DNA of 64,000 nt, from NCBI GenBank assembly GCA_016191105.1, contig JACPPH010000004.1, positions 65,230-129,229 of the forward strand. The letters are read 5' to 3'. The position numbers were made by a program, and so were the translations under genes. The DNA is from Candidatus Saccharimonadota bacterium. Lineage in GTDB: Bacteria; Patescibacteriota; Saccharimonadia; CAILAD01; BJGX01. Under the pieces are notes generated by a model. The model saw nothing but the letters and a program-made list of their open reading frames with translations. It made no database searches and was not told the origin of the DNA. This document shows, piece after piece, positions 47,334 through 57,982 of this stretch (the stretch's first letter is position 1; each line of letters begins with the position of its first letter).

Positions 47334-49735
47334 GTAGATTTAAACAGATATTAATATCGGGGATTGCGGTTTTGGCTACAACCAGTCTTGTATGGCTTTC
47401 ACAATCTGCCAGTGCTCATGCCGCAACCTACACAACGGCCAATCTTAACCAGGTGCCCTGGAGCATTTCTTTCCCGAATTTATTCACAAAGTTTAATGGA
47501 CGATGCTCCGACAACAACGATCCTGCGAATCCAAGATACTATGGGGTTGGCCAATGGTCGTGGCTTTCCACTCGAAACGATAATAATTTCTCTCAAACGT
47601 CGCTTACGGCCACCGCCGGCCAAACCGTTGATTTATACATTGTTTATGGTAATATTTACTGCGAATCTGGCACCGGCGTTATCGGTACCTGGAACTATAT
47701 TAGCAGCTCTTCGGTAGACAATAATGCTACGCTTAACGGCGTGCCCACCAACCCGATCTTTACCAACTATACAGACTCCTACGATGGCTCAACCTTTGCT
47801 ATAACTGCTGTGCCAATTACTATAACCATACCCAAAGATGCCCCGGTTGGAAATAATACCTATACTGTGTCATACAATGCCCAGAGGATTAACCTTTTTG
47901 ATAATGGCACACCAAATACTTGCGTAGGTAGTGGTGATCCTCCACCAAAACCAAATCCGCCTAATGATCCAAATAGCGCCTCCTCGTATGGTGATTGCCA
48001 GCTTGCCATTTCAAACTTATCTATCAATGTTAATGTAACGGCTACACCGAGGGGAAACCTAAGCGCCTCTTGCACTCCGCCTGGAGTAACAGGCAAAGCC
48101 ACCGATCCGGCTCAACCCAATAAGCCCATTAATGTTGATCTTTATTACGACAGCCGTGACGATAGTAAGTTGGTGAATACTGTGGCCTACAACCGTGTTA
48201 CGACCGATAGTAACGGCAATTTTTCTACCGGCATACCAGATATATATTTAGATGGGCGCGACCATAAGGTTTACGCTTATGCAATAGGCAAAAACCAAAA
48301 TGCTGAACTGAGTGGCAGCCCGGCATCATTTAAGTGTCCGGTAGCGCCACAGTTCCGCCCATGGCTGCAGACCAAGAACGGCGACGTAACTGCAACTGGC
48401 AGTATAACTGGGCAAGACTTCTTTAGGCCGGGCAGTCGAAACAACTATGATTACGCCGAGGCCACTATCTATACGGCCAACGGTGCGGCTGGTACTCAGA
48501 CATTTACAGCCGCTGGCTCCAGCGCTGTTGTACCGCGAGACGGCTCGTTGAACCCACCAGGCAGTAAGTTTTCTAGAGTATTGACCGAAAATGGCTCCCA
48601 GGCTGTGGTAGAGGACTACACTGGCGTGCTGTCTGGTGTTAGCGCCTATGTGGGTGGTGAAAATTACTTTGATCCTCAGCGCAAGAACGACAATCCAGCA
48701 CCCCACTACAAACTATCTGTAGTAAACAAAATCACTGGCAAACAAGTAGCCAGCACCGAAGGCTATGCCGCAAACTTTCAGTACATTAATGCCAGGGTGA
48801 CCGAAAACATGGCCGATGCCAGCAAGGCTATTTCTGGCAGCTATAAGATAACCATAACGTTCGACAACGACGCTTATGGCGATCTGGCCAATAACCCAAC
48901 GGCCGACCGCAATCTGTTAGTTGATCAGATTAAGGTATATGGCAATAGTGTTAGCGGTCCGGAGGCTTCTTATGTTCGCGCGTCGCAAAAAGTGAACGGC
49001 AACAATCCGTCGGCTAACTTTTGCAGTCTAAACTTTTACTACCTCAGTGCATTAGTAGATAACGGTGACTTTTCGTGTCGTGCAGCTGGCACATTGGGCT
49101 ATGTCTTTGGTGACAACCTTAACAACAGTTTTAGCCAGATTACAAACGCTGCGTCTCAAGCTTGGTCGAATGCTCAGAGTAACCCCAAGCTATTTTGTGC
49201 CACCACCAGCTTGCCGCTAAATTGCGACCCCAGTAAATCCGAGATTGTTCAGCTAACCGGCGACAGCGTAATTAACGGCCTAACTATTCCGCCGGGTAGG
49301 CATACCATTTGGGTAAAAGGTGGTTCACTTAGAATAGCTGGCAATATTGTGCCCGCGGTAGCTAACAATCGGCTACCGCAAGAGCAGCCGGTGTTGGGCA
49401 TAATAGTGGATAGTGGCGACGTAAATGTTGCACCTGGGGTTACCCAGGTAAACGCCATGGTGTATGCTGCTGGCAAGTTTAACACCTGCACTGGTTACCC
49501 GTCGGTAGCTTGCGCCAAACAACTGACTGTTAATGGTCAGATTATAACTGCCAATGGTTATACCTTTGGGCGGAACTATTTTGATCGATACTCCTCCAAT
49601 CAAAACCCCGCCGAACTGTTTGTGCTTAATCCACTTGGTGTTAGTTTTGCGCCCCCGGGTTTTGATAAAAATTCTTGGAATCTAGATAGCCAGCTTAACT
49701 ACGGCAGCTTAGAATTACAGCCCAGATTACGATAG
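47330..49735 (+). CDS. large secreted protein, possible pilus-associated adhesin
   Basis: Signal peptide (SAHA-A), beta-rich, PWLQT..GDV and AELF..P motifs; directly upstream of pilM. Confidence 0.7.
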   Translation: MSRFKQILISGIAVLATTSLVWLSQSASAHAATYTTANLNQVPWSISFPNLFTKFNGRCSDNNDPANPRYYGVGQWSWLSTRNDNNFSQTSLTATAGQTVDLYIVYGNIYCESGTGVIGTWNYISSSSVDNNATLNGVPTNPIFTNYTDSYDGSTFAITAVPITITIPKDAPVGNNTYTVSYNAQRINLFDNGTPNTCVGSGDPPPKPNPPNDPNSASSYGDCQLAISNLSINVNVTATPRGNLSASCTPPGVTGKATDPAQPNKPINVDLYYDSRDDSKLVNTVAYNRVTTDSNGNFSTGIPDIYLDGRDHKVYAYAIGKNQNAELSGSPASFKCPVAPQFRPWLQTKNGDVTATGSITGQDFFRPGSRNNYDYAEATIYTANGAAGTQTFTAAGSSAVVPRDGSLNPPGSKFSRVLTENGSQAVVEDYTGVLSGVSAYVGGENYFDPQRKNDNPAPHYKLSVVNKITGKQVASTEGYAANFQYINARVTENMADASKAISGSYKITITFDNDAYGDLANNPTADRNLLVDQIKVYGNSVSGPEASYVRASQKVNGNNPSANFCSLNFYYLSALVDNGDFSCRAAGTLGYVFGDNLNNSFSQITNAASQAWSNAQSNPKLFCATTSLPLNCDPSKSEIVQLTGDSVINGLTIPPGRHTIWVKGGSLRIAGNIVPAVANNRLPQEQPVLGIIVDSGDVNVAPGVTQVNAMVYAAGKFNTCTGYPSVACAKQLTVNGQIITANGYTFGRNYFDRYSSNQNPAELFVLNPLGVSFAPPGFDKNSWNLDSQLNYGSLELQPRLR

Positions 49736-49788
49736 CAAAGGCAAAAAACTTTATTACCGCATAGTTCTTATGCTAAAATAGCACTATT

Positions 49789-50832
49789 ATGGCGTTATTT
49801 ACTCCAGATGAGAATTATTTTGGTTTAGATCTGGGAACAAACAGTATTAAACTAGCTCAAGTCCGCGAGCTGCATGGTAGCCCAAGCCTAATTACTTATG
49901 GCGATATCGAAGTGCCAGCTAATTTATTGGCATCTGATTCCGATGTCGATCAACAGCGGGTGGCAGATTTGGTAAAGCAGCTGGCCGAAGATGCTAAGGT
50001 AACCACCAAAAATGTTGTTGCGGCCTTGCCCGGCGGTACTTCTTATACTGCCATTGTTCAAGTGCCCAAGCTAAATCACGATGAGCTTGCCCAGAGCATA
50101 AAATTCCAAGCCGACAAGTACATACCAATGGCTATTGATCAGGTCAAATTGGATTGGGCAGTGGTCGGCGATGTGCCCAACAGTGCCGACCAAGAAGTTT
50201 TGTTGGTGGCTGCCCCCAATAATGTTGCCGAAAAGTATCTTAATATTGTTCAAAAGGCTGGCTTAGAACTAATGGCGCTCGAGATCAACTCGATAGCCGA
50301 AGCTCGTTCGCTCATAAACCGTAAAACACCAGATGTTTGTGCCATGATTCTCGACATTGGTGTGAATGCTACAGATTTGGCGATTGTAGATCACCAGGCA
50401 CCACGCTTAGTCCGATCTATAAGTGTTGGTTCGTTGGCTATGCAGCGAGTTGTTGGCCAGAATTTAGGTTTAGACAAGGTTCAGGCCGATCAGTTCTTGA
50501 AGAAATTTGGCTTAATGCAAGACAAGCTCGAGGGTCAAATATATAGAACTCTAAAGCCGTTGATGGACAACTTGGTTGAGGAGATTAAAAAGTCGACTGC
50601 GTTCTTTCGCGAAAAGAACCCCAGCACTAAGCTTGAAAAAATAGTCTTAACCGGAGGTACGTCGGCTCTGCCAGAGCTGCCAATGTATCTAGCCAATGCT
50701 ACTGGTATGACTGTAGAAATCGGCAATCCCTGGCAGAATGTTAGTTACCCTAGTGAAATCCAGTCATCTTTGGCGAGCTTATCACTTAATTATGCTACCG
50801 CTATTGGGCTTGCGCTTAGGAATTTTGGCTAA
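49789..50832 (+). CDS. pilM: type IV pilus assembly protein PilM
   Basis: FGLDLG..SIK, ILDIG, VLTGG, AIGLALR. Confidence 0.93.
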   Translation: MALFTPDENYFGLDLGTNSIKLAQVRELHGSPSLITYGDIEVPANLLASDSDVDQQRVADLVKQLAEDAKVTTKNVVAALPGGTSYTAIVQVPKLNHDELAQSIKFQADKYIPMAIDQVKLDWAVVGDVPNSADQEVLLVAAPNNVAEKYLNIVQKAGLELMALEINSIAEARSLINRKTPDVCAMILDIGVNATDLAIVDHQAPRLVRSISVGSLAMQRVVGQNLGLDKVQADQFLKKFGLMQDKLEGQIYRTLKPLMDNLVEEIKKSTAFFREKNPSTKLEKIVLTGGTSALPELPMYLANATGMTVEIGNPWQNVSYPSEIQSSLASLSLNYATAIGLALRNFG

Positions 50833-51437
50833 TGAGCGTTTTAGTAAACCTACTGCCAGAAGCTCGCATATTAAAGCTAAAAGCTGTGTCGCAGCGTCGA
50901 TTTATGACAACTTTAACTATTGTGGTCGGAGTAGTTGTTGGTACTATTTTGATAACTTTGTTGCTGCTGCTGGGCTACACCTTTTCGACCCAAAAGCTTA
51001 ATCAGGCAAAAATCAGTAGCTTGCAGAGTGATGTCGACAAATCTAAAGATCTTGAACAGAAAGCCTCGACTCTTCAGGAGCATCTGGCATCTTTCGCGCA
51101 ATTACAGGGCAGCCGGTTGTATGTTAGTGAAATATTTAGAAATCTAAGTAATGTGGTTCCGAGTGGCGTAAGTGTTACTAGCTTCGAGATAAGCGATGCC
51201 TATGTAATTACAATCTCAGGTACAGCAGCAAATTATGCCCAGGTAGCAACCTTTGCCCAGACCCTTAAAGATTACAATGTAAACTACAAGCCTCAACAAG
51301 GATTAGACAGAAAGGCTCTTTTTTCGGAAGTAAATATTACAACTGTTAGCAAGGAGTCTGGTAGTGAAAAGGTGAACTTTACCATGAGCTTTAAGGTCGA
51401 CCCAACAATATTTAAGAAAGCTGGGGGTGGCCAGTAA
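50832..51437 (+). CDS. pilN: PilN-like protein
   Basis: VNLLP motif, TM segment, coiled coil. Confidence 0.85.
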   Translation: MSVLVNLLPEARILKLKAVSQRRFMTTLTIVVGVVVGTILITLLLLLGYTFSTQKLNQAKISSLQSDVDKSKDLEQKASTLQEHLASFAQLQGSRLYVSEIFRNLSNVVPSGVSVTSFEISDAYVITISGTAANYAQVATFAQTLKDYNVNYKPQQGLDRKALFSEVNITTVSKESGSEKVNFTMSFKVDPTIFKKAGGGQ

Positions 51438-52147
51438 TGGCGGTAGATATACCCAAAACTAAGCCAGCCAAGAAAGCGCCAATCCAAACTCCAAAGACAG
51501 ACACTTCGCTAGCCGAGAAGAAAACAAATCAACGTTTTATGATTTGGATGGGATTATTAATTGGTGCTATCGTACTGGTGGGTGGCTACCTTATATATCG
51601 GCTAGGCTCGGCCTATGTTACTCAAGCTAACAAAATTAAAGCTCAGGATATGTTGATTTCGGCTCTTGATCAGAAACAAAAGAATTTAAATGAACTCAAG
51701 CCAAATTATGCGACTATTATCGCCAAAGGCAGCAACGGTGTTTCTGACTCAGACCTAATCTTGCGCGCTCTACCCACAGACAACAACTATCAAGGTCTGA
51801 TCGCAATGACCGAGAAGATGGCTCAAGAAAGCGGCGTAAAGGTTACCTCTGTTTCTCAGGGTGGAGAAACTGGCAACGCTAGCGGTACAGACACCACCAA
51901 TGCCCCAACAGCTGACCAACCAGCTAGTGGCTCCTCGCCGCAGCCATTTACCTTTACGGTTGGACTAGAGGGAACTTACCAGGGAATATTGGAATTTTTG
52001 TCGAAAACCCAACAGGCATCTAGGGTTATGAATTTCTCTAGCATGACAATTACAGGCGGCACCGGCAATACTATTCAGGCCAATATAACCATGCAAACCT
52101 ATATGCAGCCAGCAGCTAATATTGAACCAACCACGAGGCCGCTCTAG
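51437..52147 (+). CDS. pilO: PilO-like protein
   Basis: TM segment, ALP, GTY..ILEFL..RVM; position after pilN. Confidence 0.8.
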   Translation: MAVDIPKTKPAKKAPIQTPKTDTSLAEKKTNQRFMIWMGLLIGAIVLVGGYLIYRLGSAYVTQANKIKAQDMLISALDQKQKNLNELKPNYATIIAKGSNGVSDSDLILRALPTDNNYQGLIAMTEKMAQESGVKVTSVSQGGETGNASGTDTTNAPTADQPASGSSPQPFTFTVGLEGTYQGILEFLSKTQQASRVMNFSSMTITGGTGNTIQANITMQTYMQPAANIEPTTRPL

Positions 52148-52155
52148 TGCAAGGT

Positions 52156-52395
52156 ATGAAGAAAAAAGACATAATTACACTAATAATTGCAGTAGTTATA
52201 TTCATTATTGCCCTGGCTTTGTTGTATCGCTACATTGTGCCGCCACCCAAGAACAGCGGTGTTATGGTTGAGGTTCCACACCCGGTAGAGCCGACATTTA
52301 ATCAGGGGCAGTTAAATACCCTCAAAAAAGATACCACTGACTTCACTCAAGATTTGACACCAAAAGGTTCGAGTAATCAGCCGTTAATCCAATAG
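52156..52395 (+). CDS. small membrane protein of the pil operon
   Basis: TM segment, located between pilO and pilB. Confidence 0.65.
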   Translation: MKKKDIITLIIAVVIFIIALALLYRYIVPPPKNSGVMVEVPHPVEPTFNQGQLNTLKKDTTDFTQDLTPKGSSNQPLIQ

Positions 52396-52410
52396 GGGTC
52401 TAAAAAACAT

Positions 52411-54204
52411 ATGCTCTCGAACGAGACAGAACGCAAGATAGAAGAGCTGGTTACGGCTGGCAAATATGTTACCCGGGACCGGCTTGATCAAATAAAGCTG
52501 GATGCTGCAAAATCTGGTAAAGGCTTGATTCAGCGGCTAGTGGAATTAAGGCTACTTACTGATGAGCAGGCCACCATGTTGGTGGCCCAGGCTTCTGGCA
52601 TTCCCTATGTAGATCTATCCAAGATATCTATACCCGATAATGTATTGGCTCTGATACCACGCGATTCGGCCGAGGCTAATGCCGTGGTAGCCTTTGGGCT
52701 AAAAGACGGCAAGCTAGATGTTGCCATGGTTGATCCCGAAAACTTGCAGACCATAGATTTTATATCGCGTAAAACCGGCTACCCGGTGAGCGCCTATATG
52801 GCCACCAAACCGCAAATAGAAAGCTGGATTAGGCGCTACACGAGTGACTTGGGACAGGAGGTGTCGGAGGCTCTTGGTAATGAGCCAGGGCCAGAGGCCA
52901 ACCTGCAAAATGAGGCCGCCAAGAAGTTCGATGCCAAAGACTCCAAGAAACTAGCAACAATCGTGCAAGACGCACCCATTACCAGGGCGCTTAATACAAT
53001 ATTGGAATACGCTATAAATGCTCATGCTTCAGATATTCACATTGAACCACGCGAAAAAGATTTAAAGATCCGCTTTCGTATAGATGGGATTTTGCGCGAA
53101 GTTATGAGTCTGCCCAAATCGACCGAACCAGCTCTCATATCGCGAATAAAAATATTGTCCAATTTAAAAATCGATGAGCATCGCATACCCCAAGATGGCC
53201 AGGCCGAATTTCGTAAAGGCGGCAAAGAAGTTGATATGCGTATTGCGATTGCGCCGATTAGTTTTGGCGAGCAGGTAGTTATTCGCTTGCTCGATAAGAC
53301 CGATTCACTGCTAAAACTAGAGGGTCTGGGCTTTAAGGGTCGGTCTTTTAGGATGATTAAACGGGGTATTGAGCGCCCGCACGGCATGATACTCTCAACT
53401 GGCCCGACCGGATCTGGCAAGTCGACCACACTATATGCTGTAATCCAGGAGATCAAATCAGAAAAAATTAACATTGTAACGCTCGAAGACCCAGTTGAAT
53501 ACCATGTAGCTGGGGTTAACCAAATGCAGGTTAACAATGCCGTCGGGCTAACTTTTGCTAATGGTCTGCGTTCAATTTTGCGCCAAGATCCAAACGTAAT
53601 TATGGTAGGTGAAATTCGTGACCACGAAACAGCCGACTTGGCTGTACAATCGGCTCTAACGGGTCACCTGGTGCTGTCTACATTGCACACCAACTCAGCC
53701 GCCGGTGTTTTGCCAAGGCTTCTGGATATGGGCATAGAGCCATATTTGATAGCGTCGACAGTTAATACGGTAATTGGCCAGCGCTTGGTGCGAAAGATCT
53801 GCAACAAATGCCGCAAGGCCTATCAAGCCTCGCCAGCAGCCGTACAGCTGATAAACAAGATACTAGGGCCGCTTTTGCCACAAGATCAGGCTCAACAGCT
53901 TAAATTAGCCGGCGACCTGGGCTATGAGCATTTGCCAATGCACAGTCAAACCGCTTATACTTTATACAAGGGCGAAGGCTGTACCGAATGCCAAGACGGC
54001 TACAAAGGCCGCACTGGCATTTATGAGGTTTTTGAAATTAATCAGAGCATTGAACACCTCTTGCTAAATCGGGCCACCACAGTTGAAATTCAAAAACAGG
54101 CGGTCAAAGACGGCATGGTAACCATGCAGCAAGATGGCTTACTAAAAGCTCTAAGCGGTGCTACAACACTAGAAGAAGTTGCCAGGGTCGCAACTGACCA
54201 TTAA
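52411..54204 (+). CDS. pilB: pilus assembly ATPase PilB/GspE
   Basis: ASDIHIEP, GPTGSGKSTT, LRQDPNVIMVGEIRD, CxxC pairs. Confidence 0.96.
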   Translation: MLSNETERKIEELVTAGKYVTRDRLDQIKLDAAKSGKGLIQRLVELRLLTDEQATMLVAQASGIPYVDLSKISIPDNVLALIPRDSAEANAVVAFGLKDGKLDVAMVDPENLQTIDFISRKTGYPVSAYMATKPQIESWIRRYTSDLGQEVSEALGNEPGPEANLQNEAAKKFDAKDSKKLATIVQDAPITRALNTILEYAINAHASDIHIEPREKDLKIRFRIDGILREVMSLPKSTEPALISRIKILSNLKIDEHRIPQDGQAEFRKGGKEVDMRIAIAPISFGEQVVIRLLDKTDSLLKLEGLGFKGRSFRMIKRGIERPHGMILSTGPTGSGKSTTLYAVIQEIKSEKINIVTLEDPVEYHVAGVNQMQVNNAVGLTFANGLRSILRQDPNVIMVGEIRDHETADLAVQSALTGHLVLSTLHTNSAAGVLPRLLDMGIEPYLIASTVNTVIGQRLVRKICNKCRKAYQASPAAVQLINKILGPLLPQDQAQQLKLAGDLGYEHLPMHSQTAYTLYKGEGCTECQDGYKGRTGIYEVFEINQSIEHLLLNRATTVEIQKQAVKDGMVTMQQDGLLKALSGATTLEEVARVATDH

Positions 54205-54219
54205 ATCAAAAAGGAGATT

Positions 54220-55290
54220 ATGGAGACCAAAACCATAAAAATCGAGCCACTCTTAGATGAAGTTATACGCCGTAATGGCTCAGATATACACTTGCAAGTT
54301 GGTTTACCACCAGTGCTGCGTATCGATGGGGCTCTAAAGCCGATTGCTGATACCCCGAATCTCACCGAAAAAGATGTCGAGGCTTTGGTTTATTCACTGG
54401 TCGACGAACAACAGAAGAACACAATAGTTCAGGAGAAAGAGTTAGATTTTTCATTTGCTTATGGCGATGTTGCTCGGTTTCGCGTAAATGCTTTTCATGA
54501 AAAAGGGTTTTTAGCAGCAGCGCTGCGTCTAATACCTACCAAGATTCGTACTTTGGCCGAACTCGGTTTACCCAAGGTGCTGTCTGATTTTACCAAACTC
54601 CCGCGTGGCTTGGTGCTTTCAACCGGCCCGACTGGATCTGGCAAGTCGACTACCCAAGCGGCCATGATTGACATGATTAACGCCAACCAGCGTCAGCACA
54701 TTATAACCATCGAAGACCCAATTGAGTATCAGCATCACCACAAGAGCTCAATTGTGGTTCAGCGTGAGGTTCACTTTGATACCGATAGTTTTGGTGCAGC
54801 TTTGCGCTCAGCCTTGCGCGAAGATCCCGATGTGGTGTTAATTGGTGAAATGCGTGATCTAGAAACAATCGCCACCGCGATTACGGTGGCCGAGACTGGG
54901 CACCTGGTGCTAGCAACCTTGCACACCAACGGCGCCGCTCAGTCAATTGATCGTATGATCGATGTGTTTCCGCCCCACCAGCAACAGCAAATTCGGATTC
55001 AACTTTCAAGCGTTCTTCAGGGCATAGTTAGCCAGCGCCTTATACCTATGATAGGTGGCGGTCGAATTGCCGCCGCCGAAGTCTTGGTGGTTACGCCGGC
55101 GGTGCGCAACATAGTTCGCGAGGCCAAAACTCACCAGCTCGACGCCGTAATCCAGACCGGCGCCGAGTACGGCATGCAATCTATGGACAAAACGCTTGTA
55201 GGGCTTATTCACGAGGGTAAAATTAGCTACGAGGAAGCTCGCAACTACGCCTTCGACGCTCAAGAATTTGAACGGCTAATGAGAAAGTAG
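54220..55290 (+). CDS. pilT: retraction ATPase PilT
   Basis: GPTGSGKSTT, LREDPDVVLIGEMRD, AVRNIVRE. Confidence 0.96.
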   Translation: METKTIKIEPLLDEVIRRNGSDIHLQVGLPPVLRIDGALKPIADTPNLTEKDVEALVYSLVDEQQKNTIVQEKELDFSFAYGDVARFRVNAFHEKGFLAAALRLIPTKIRTLAELGLPKVLSDFTKLPRGLVLSTGPTGSGKSTTQAAMIDMINANQRQHIITIEDPIEYQHHHKSSIVVQREVHFDTDSFGAALRSALREDPDVVLIGEMRDLETIATAITVAETGHLVLATLHTNGAAQSIDRMIDVFPPHQQQQIRIQLSSVLQGIVSQRLIPMIGGGRIAAAEVLVVTPAVRNIVREAKTHQLDAVIQTGAEYGMQSMDKTLVGLIHEGKISYEEARNYAFDAQEFERLMRK

Positions 55291-55306
55291 CTAGGGAACC
55301 AAAGCG

Positions 55307-56557
55307 GTGGTAGATTACATATACACGGCCAAAGATAAGTCGACCGATAAGGTTATGAGGGGTAAAATCCAGGCCGATAATGAGCTGGCGGCAGCCGATA
55401 TACTGGGCAAGAAAGGTCTTTACCCGATCAAAATTGAGCCGGCCGCAGAGGGTGGTTTTAGCAAAGAAATCAAAATTGGCAGCGGTGTAAGTGGCAAAGA
55501 TAGGGTTATTTTTACCCGGCAGCTGGCGACTTTGGTTAAGGCCGGCTTGCCGATCACTCAGGCTCTCAATACTGCAATCGAGCAAATTACCAACAAAACC
55601 TTTCATGCCATGCTCGAGAAGATCGCTGCCTCGGTGGAGGGCGGTACTAGCTTAGCCAATTCATTTGCCCAGCACCCCGAGACTTTTAACCATGTTTACG
55701 TAAGCCTGGTGCATGCTGGCGAAGAGTCGGGCACGCTCGACGACGCCCTAGAGCGCCTGGCCGATCAGCAAGAAAAAGAGCAGCAGATAATATCGAAGGT
55801 TCGCGGGGCTCTAATTTACCCTGCGTTGGTACTAGCTGTAATTGTAGTTGTACTGGTATTTATGTTGGTATCGGTTTTGCCACAGATAGCCAGTTTGTAC
55901 AAAGACCTGGGCAAAGACCTACCCATATTAACCAAGATCACCTTTGCGACATCAGAATTTTTGGTGCGTTACTGGTGGCTAACCTTAATAGTACTTATTG
56001 CGATAGTATTTGGCTTGCGAGCCTACTTTAGAACCCCACAAGGACGCCGTAACTGGGACAGATTTAAGCTCAATGCTCCAGTCTTTGGCGGTCTGTTCAA
56101 AAAGGTTTATATGGCCCGCTTTGCTCGCACTATGGCCAGTTTGGTTAACAGCGGTGTGCCCATACTCGAAGCGCTTAATATTTCCTCTGAGGCTGTGAAC
56201 AATGTAATTCTAAAGGCCGAGATCGATGAGGCAACCCTAAAAGTTAGAAGTGGTAAGGCTTTAAGTTCGGCTCTTATGGACAAAGAGCATTTTCTTAAGC
56301 TGGTGCCACAGATGATCAAGGTGGGCGAGCAATCTGGTACCTTGGGGGCTATGCTCGACAAGGTCGCCAGCTTTTATGAAGACGAAGTGGATCAGACGGT
56401 GAAAAACCTGTCGACAACTATTGAGCCAGTTATGATGATCATACTCGGCCTATTGGTGGGCGTTATAATAGTGGCCATTCTTTACCCGGTTTATAGCTTA
56501 GTAGGTGGCGGCATTAACCTTAACCCATCTGCCGGAGCTCCAACAGTTCAGCAATAG
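55307..56557 (+). CDS. pilC: inner membrane platform PilC/GspF
   Basis: FTRQLATLV.AG, GEESGTLD, IEP. Confidence 0.95.
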   Translation: MVDYIYTAKDKSTDKVMRGKIQADNELAAADILGKKGLYPIKIEPAAEGGFSKEIKIGSGVSGKDRVIFTRQLATLVKAGLPITQALNTAIEQITNKTFHAMLEKIAASVEGGTSLANSFAQHPETFNHVYVSLVHAGEESGTLDDALERLADQQEKEQQIISKVRGALIYPALVLAVIVVVLVFMLVSVLPQIASLYKDLGKDLPILTKITFATSEFLVRYWWLTLIVLIAIVFGLRAYFRTPQGRRNWDRFKLNAPVFGGLFKKVYMARFARTMASLVNSGVPILEALNISSEAVNNVILKAEIDEATLKVRSGKALSSALMDKEHFLKLVPQMIKVGEQSGTLGAMLDKVASFYEDEVDQTVKNLSTTIEPVMMIILGLLVGVIIVAILYPVYSLVGGGINLNPSAGAPTVQQ

Positions 56558-56669
56558 TACGTTTACGGGTTCTTGACGTCATTATGCTTATGCTTCACAA
56601 TTAAGTTTGCAGATCAAATCACGTGATTGATTTGCCAACAAAATACATTCGAAAGGAGGTGCAAACAAA

Positions 56670-57095
56670 ATGACAAAAGCCAAAAAAGGTTTTACATTGA
56701 TCGAAATCGTGATTGTGCTAGCTATCGCCGCTTTGATTTTAGTTATCGTATTCTTAGCAGTTGCTGGCGCTAACCGGGCACAACGTGATAACCAGCGCAA
56801 GGCCGATGCGGGTCGCGTACTAGCAGCAGCTCAGCAGTATGCAGGCAACAATAGTGGTAATAACCCGACCAGCACGGATTTTATTGGCACTTACAAGGCG
56901 CCTACAACAGGACCGGGGAACACTGCCTATAATGCAGCATTTGGAACTGGCGCAGCCAGCTCATCCAGGCTAATGGTTGTCGGGCCAGGCACCTGCGGAG
57001 CAAATGGTGCCATCCAGGCGCTCGCTGCTGGCCAGGCTGGATTTGCCGTATCTGTATATCAAGAAAACGGTGGGGCAGCTTGTGTTCAGACATAG
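56670..57095 (+). CDS. pilA: major type IV pilin
   Basis: KKG-FTLIE, strong SD, own terminator. Confidence 0.88.
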   Translation: MTKAKKGFTLIEIVIVLAIAALILVIVFLAVAGANRAQRDNQRKADAGRVLAAAQQYAGNNSGNNPTSTDFIGTYKAPTTGPGNTAYNAAFGTGAASSSRLMVVGPGTCGANGAIQALAAGQAGFAVSVYQENGGAACVQT

Positions 57096-57111
57096 TAACA
57101 CGATGGTTACG

Positions 57112-57139
57112 CTAAAAAGACCCGGAAGGGTCTTTTTAG
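57112..57139 (+). terminator. intrinsic terminator
   Basis: ctaaaaagaccc-ggaa-gggtctttttag. Confidence 0.85.
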
Positions 57140-57175
57140 ATTGCTCTTATACAGCGATTTATACATAATAAGCAT

Positions 57176-57952
57176 ATGCTAACTTACATTATTCTATTTG
57201 GCTTGCTAGGGCTCGTTTTGGGCAGTTTTGTAAATGCCTGGTTGTACCGAACTCACGAGCACAAAAGCATTGTTAAGGGCCGTTCTGAGTGCCCACACTG
57301 CCACAAACAGATTGCTTGGTACGATAATATACCAGTTTTGAGCTACCTCTTGCTCAAGGCCAAGTGCCGATATTGCCATAAACTAATTTCAGCTCAATAT
57401 CCGCTGGTCGAGGCAGCCACGGGTATCTTGTTTGCGTCTTTGTGGCTGTATTTTAGGCCTACTACCGAAGTCGGCTGGTATGAGTTATTGCTATGGCTAC
57501 TGGTAACAGTCTTTATGGCGGCGGCATTTGTGTACGATCTGCGCTACATGATACTGCCCGATCGGTTTATGTTGCCAGCGCTAAGTTTTGCGCTTATATA
57601 TGTGTTCTTTTTAACCATAAAAGTTGATCAGGTTGCAGTTTGGCGGCTGGTAGATGCTGCCGTGTTTGCTGGTATTTACTTCTTGGTGTGGCTGTTCTCA
57701 AAAGGCAAGTGGATAGGCGATGGCGATATTCGCCTAGCGGCTATTATTGGCTTAATGCTTAGCTTACCGCAATTACTAATCGGCGTTTTTGCCGGTTATT
57801 TGATAGGTTCGGCTATAGGCATGTATTTGCTAGTAAGTGGCCGAGCCAAGCGGGGCAGTGTAATTGCTCTGGGTCCGTTTCTGATTGTTGGGCTGTACAT
57901 AGGCTTGTTTTGGGGCCAGCAGATTGCCAACTGGTACTTACAGCTCATATAA
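57176..57952 (+). CDS. pilD: prepilin peptidase
   Basis: GSFVN, RSECPHC, KCRYC, GDGD, GPFL. Confidence 0.95.
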   Translation: MLTYIILFGLLGLVLGSFVNAWLYRTHEHKSIVKGRSECPHCHKQIAWYDNIPVLSYLLLKAKCRYCHKLISAQYPLVEAATGILFASLWLYFRPTTEVGWYELLLWLLVTVFMAAAFVYDLRYMILPDRFMLPALSFALIYVFFLTIKVDQVAVWRLVDAAVFAGIYFLVWLFSKGKWIGDGDIRLAAIIGLMLSLPQLLIGVFAGYLIGSAIGMYLLVSGRAKRGSVIALGPFLIVGLYIGLFWGQQIANWYLQLI

Positions 57953-57982
57953 TCAGAGCATAAGTGGTATAATTATCGGGTA

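Noticed and set aside
5472-57139. Identical terminator arms ctaaaaagaccc/gggtctttttag after rpoD and pilA
   Set aside because: Short and consistent with a lineage-preferred terminator; no evidence of mobility.
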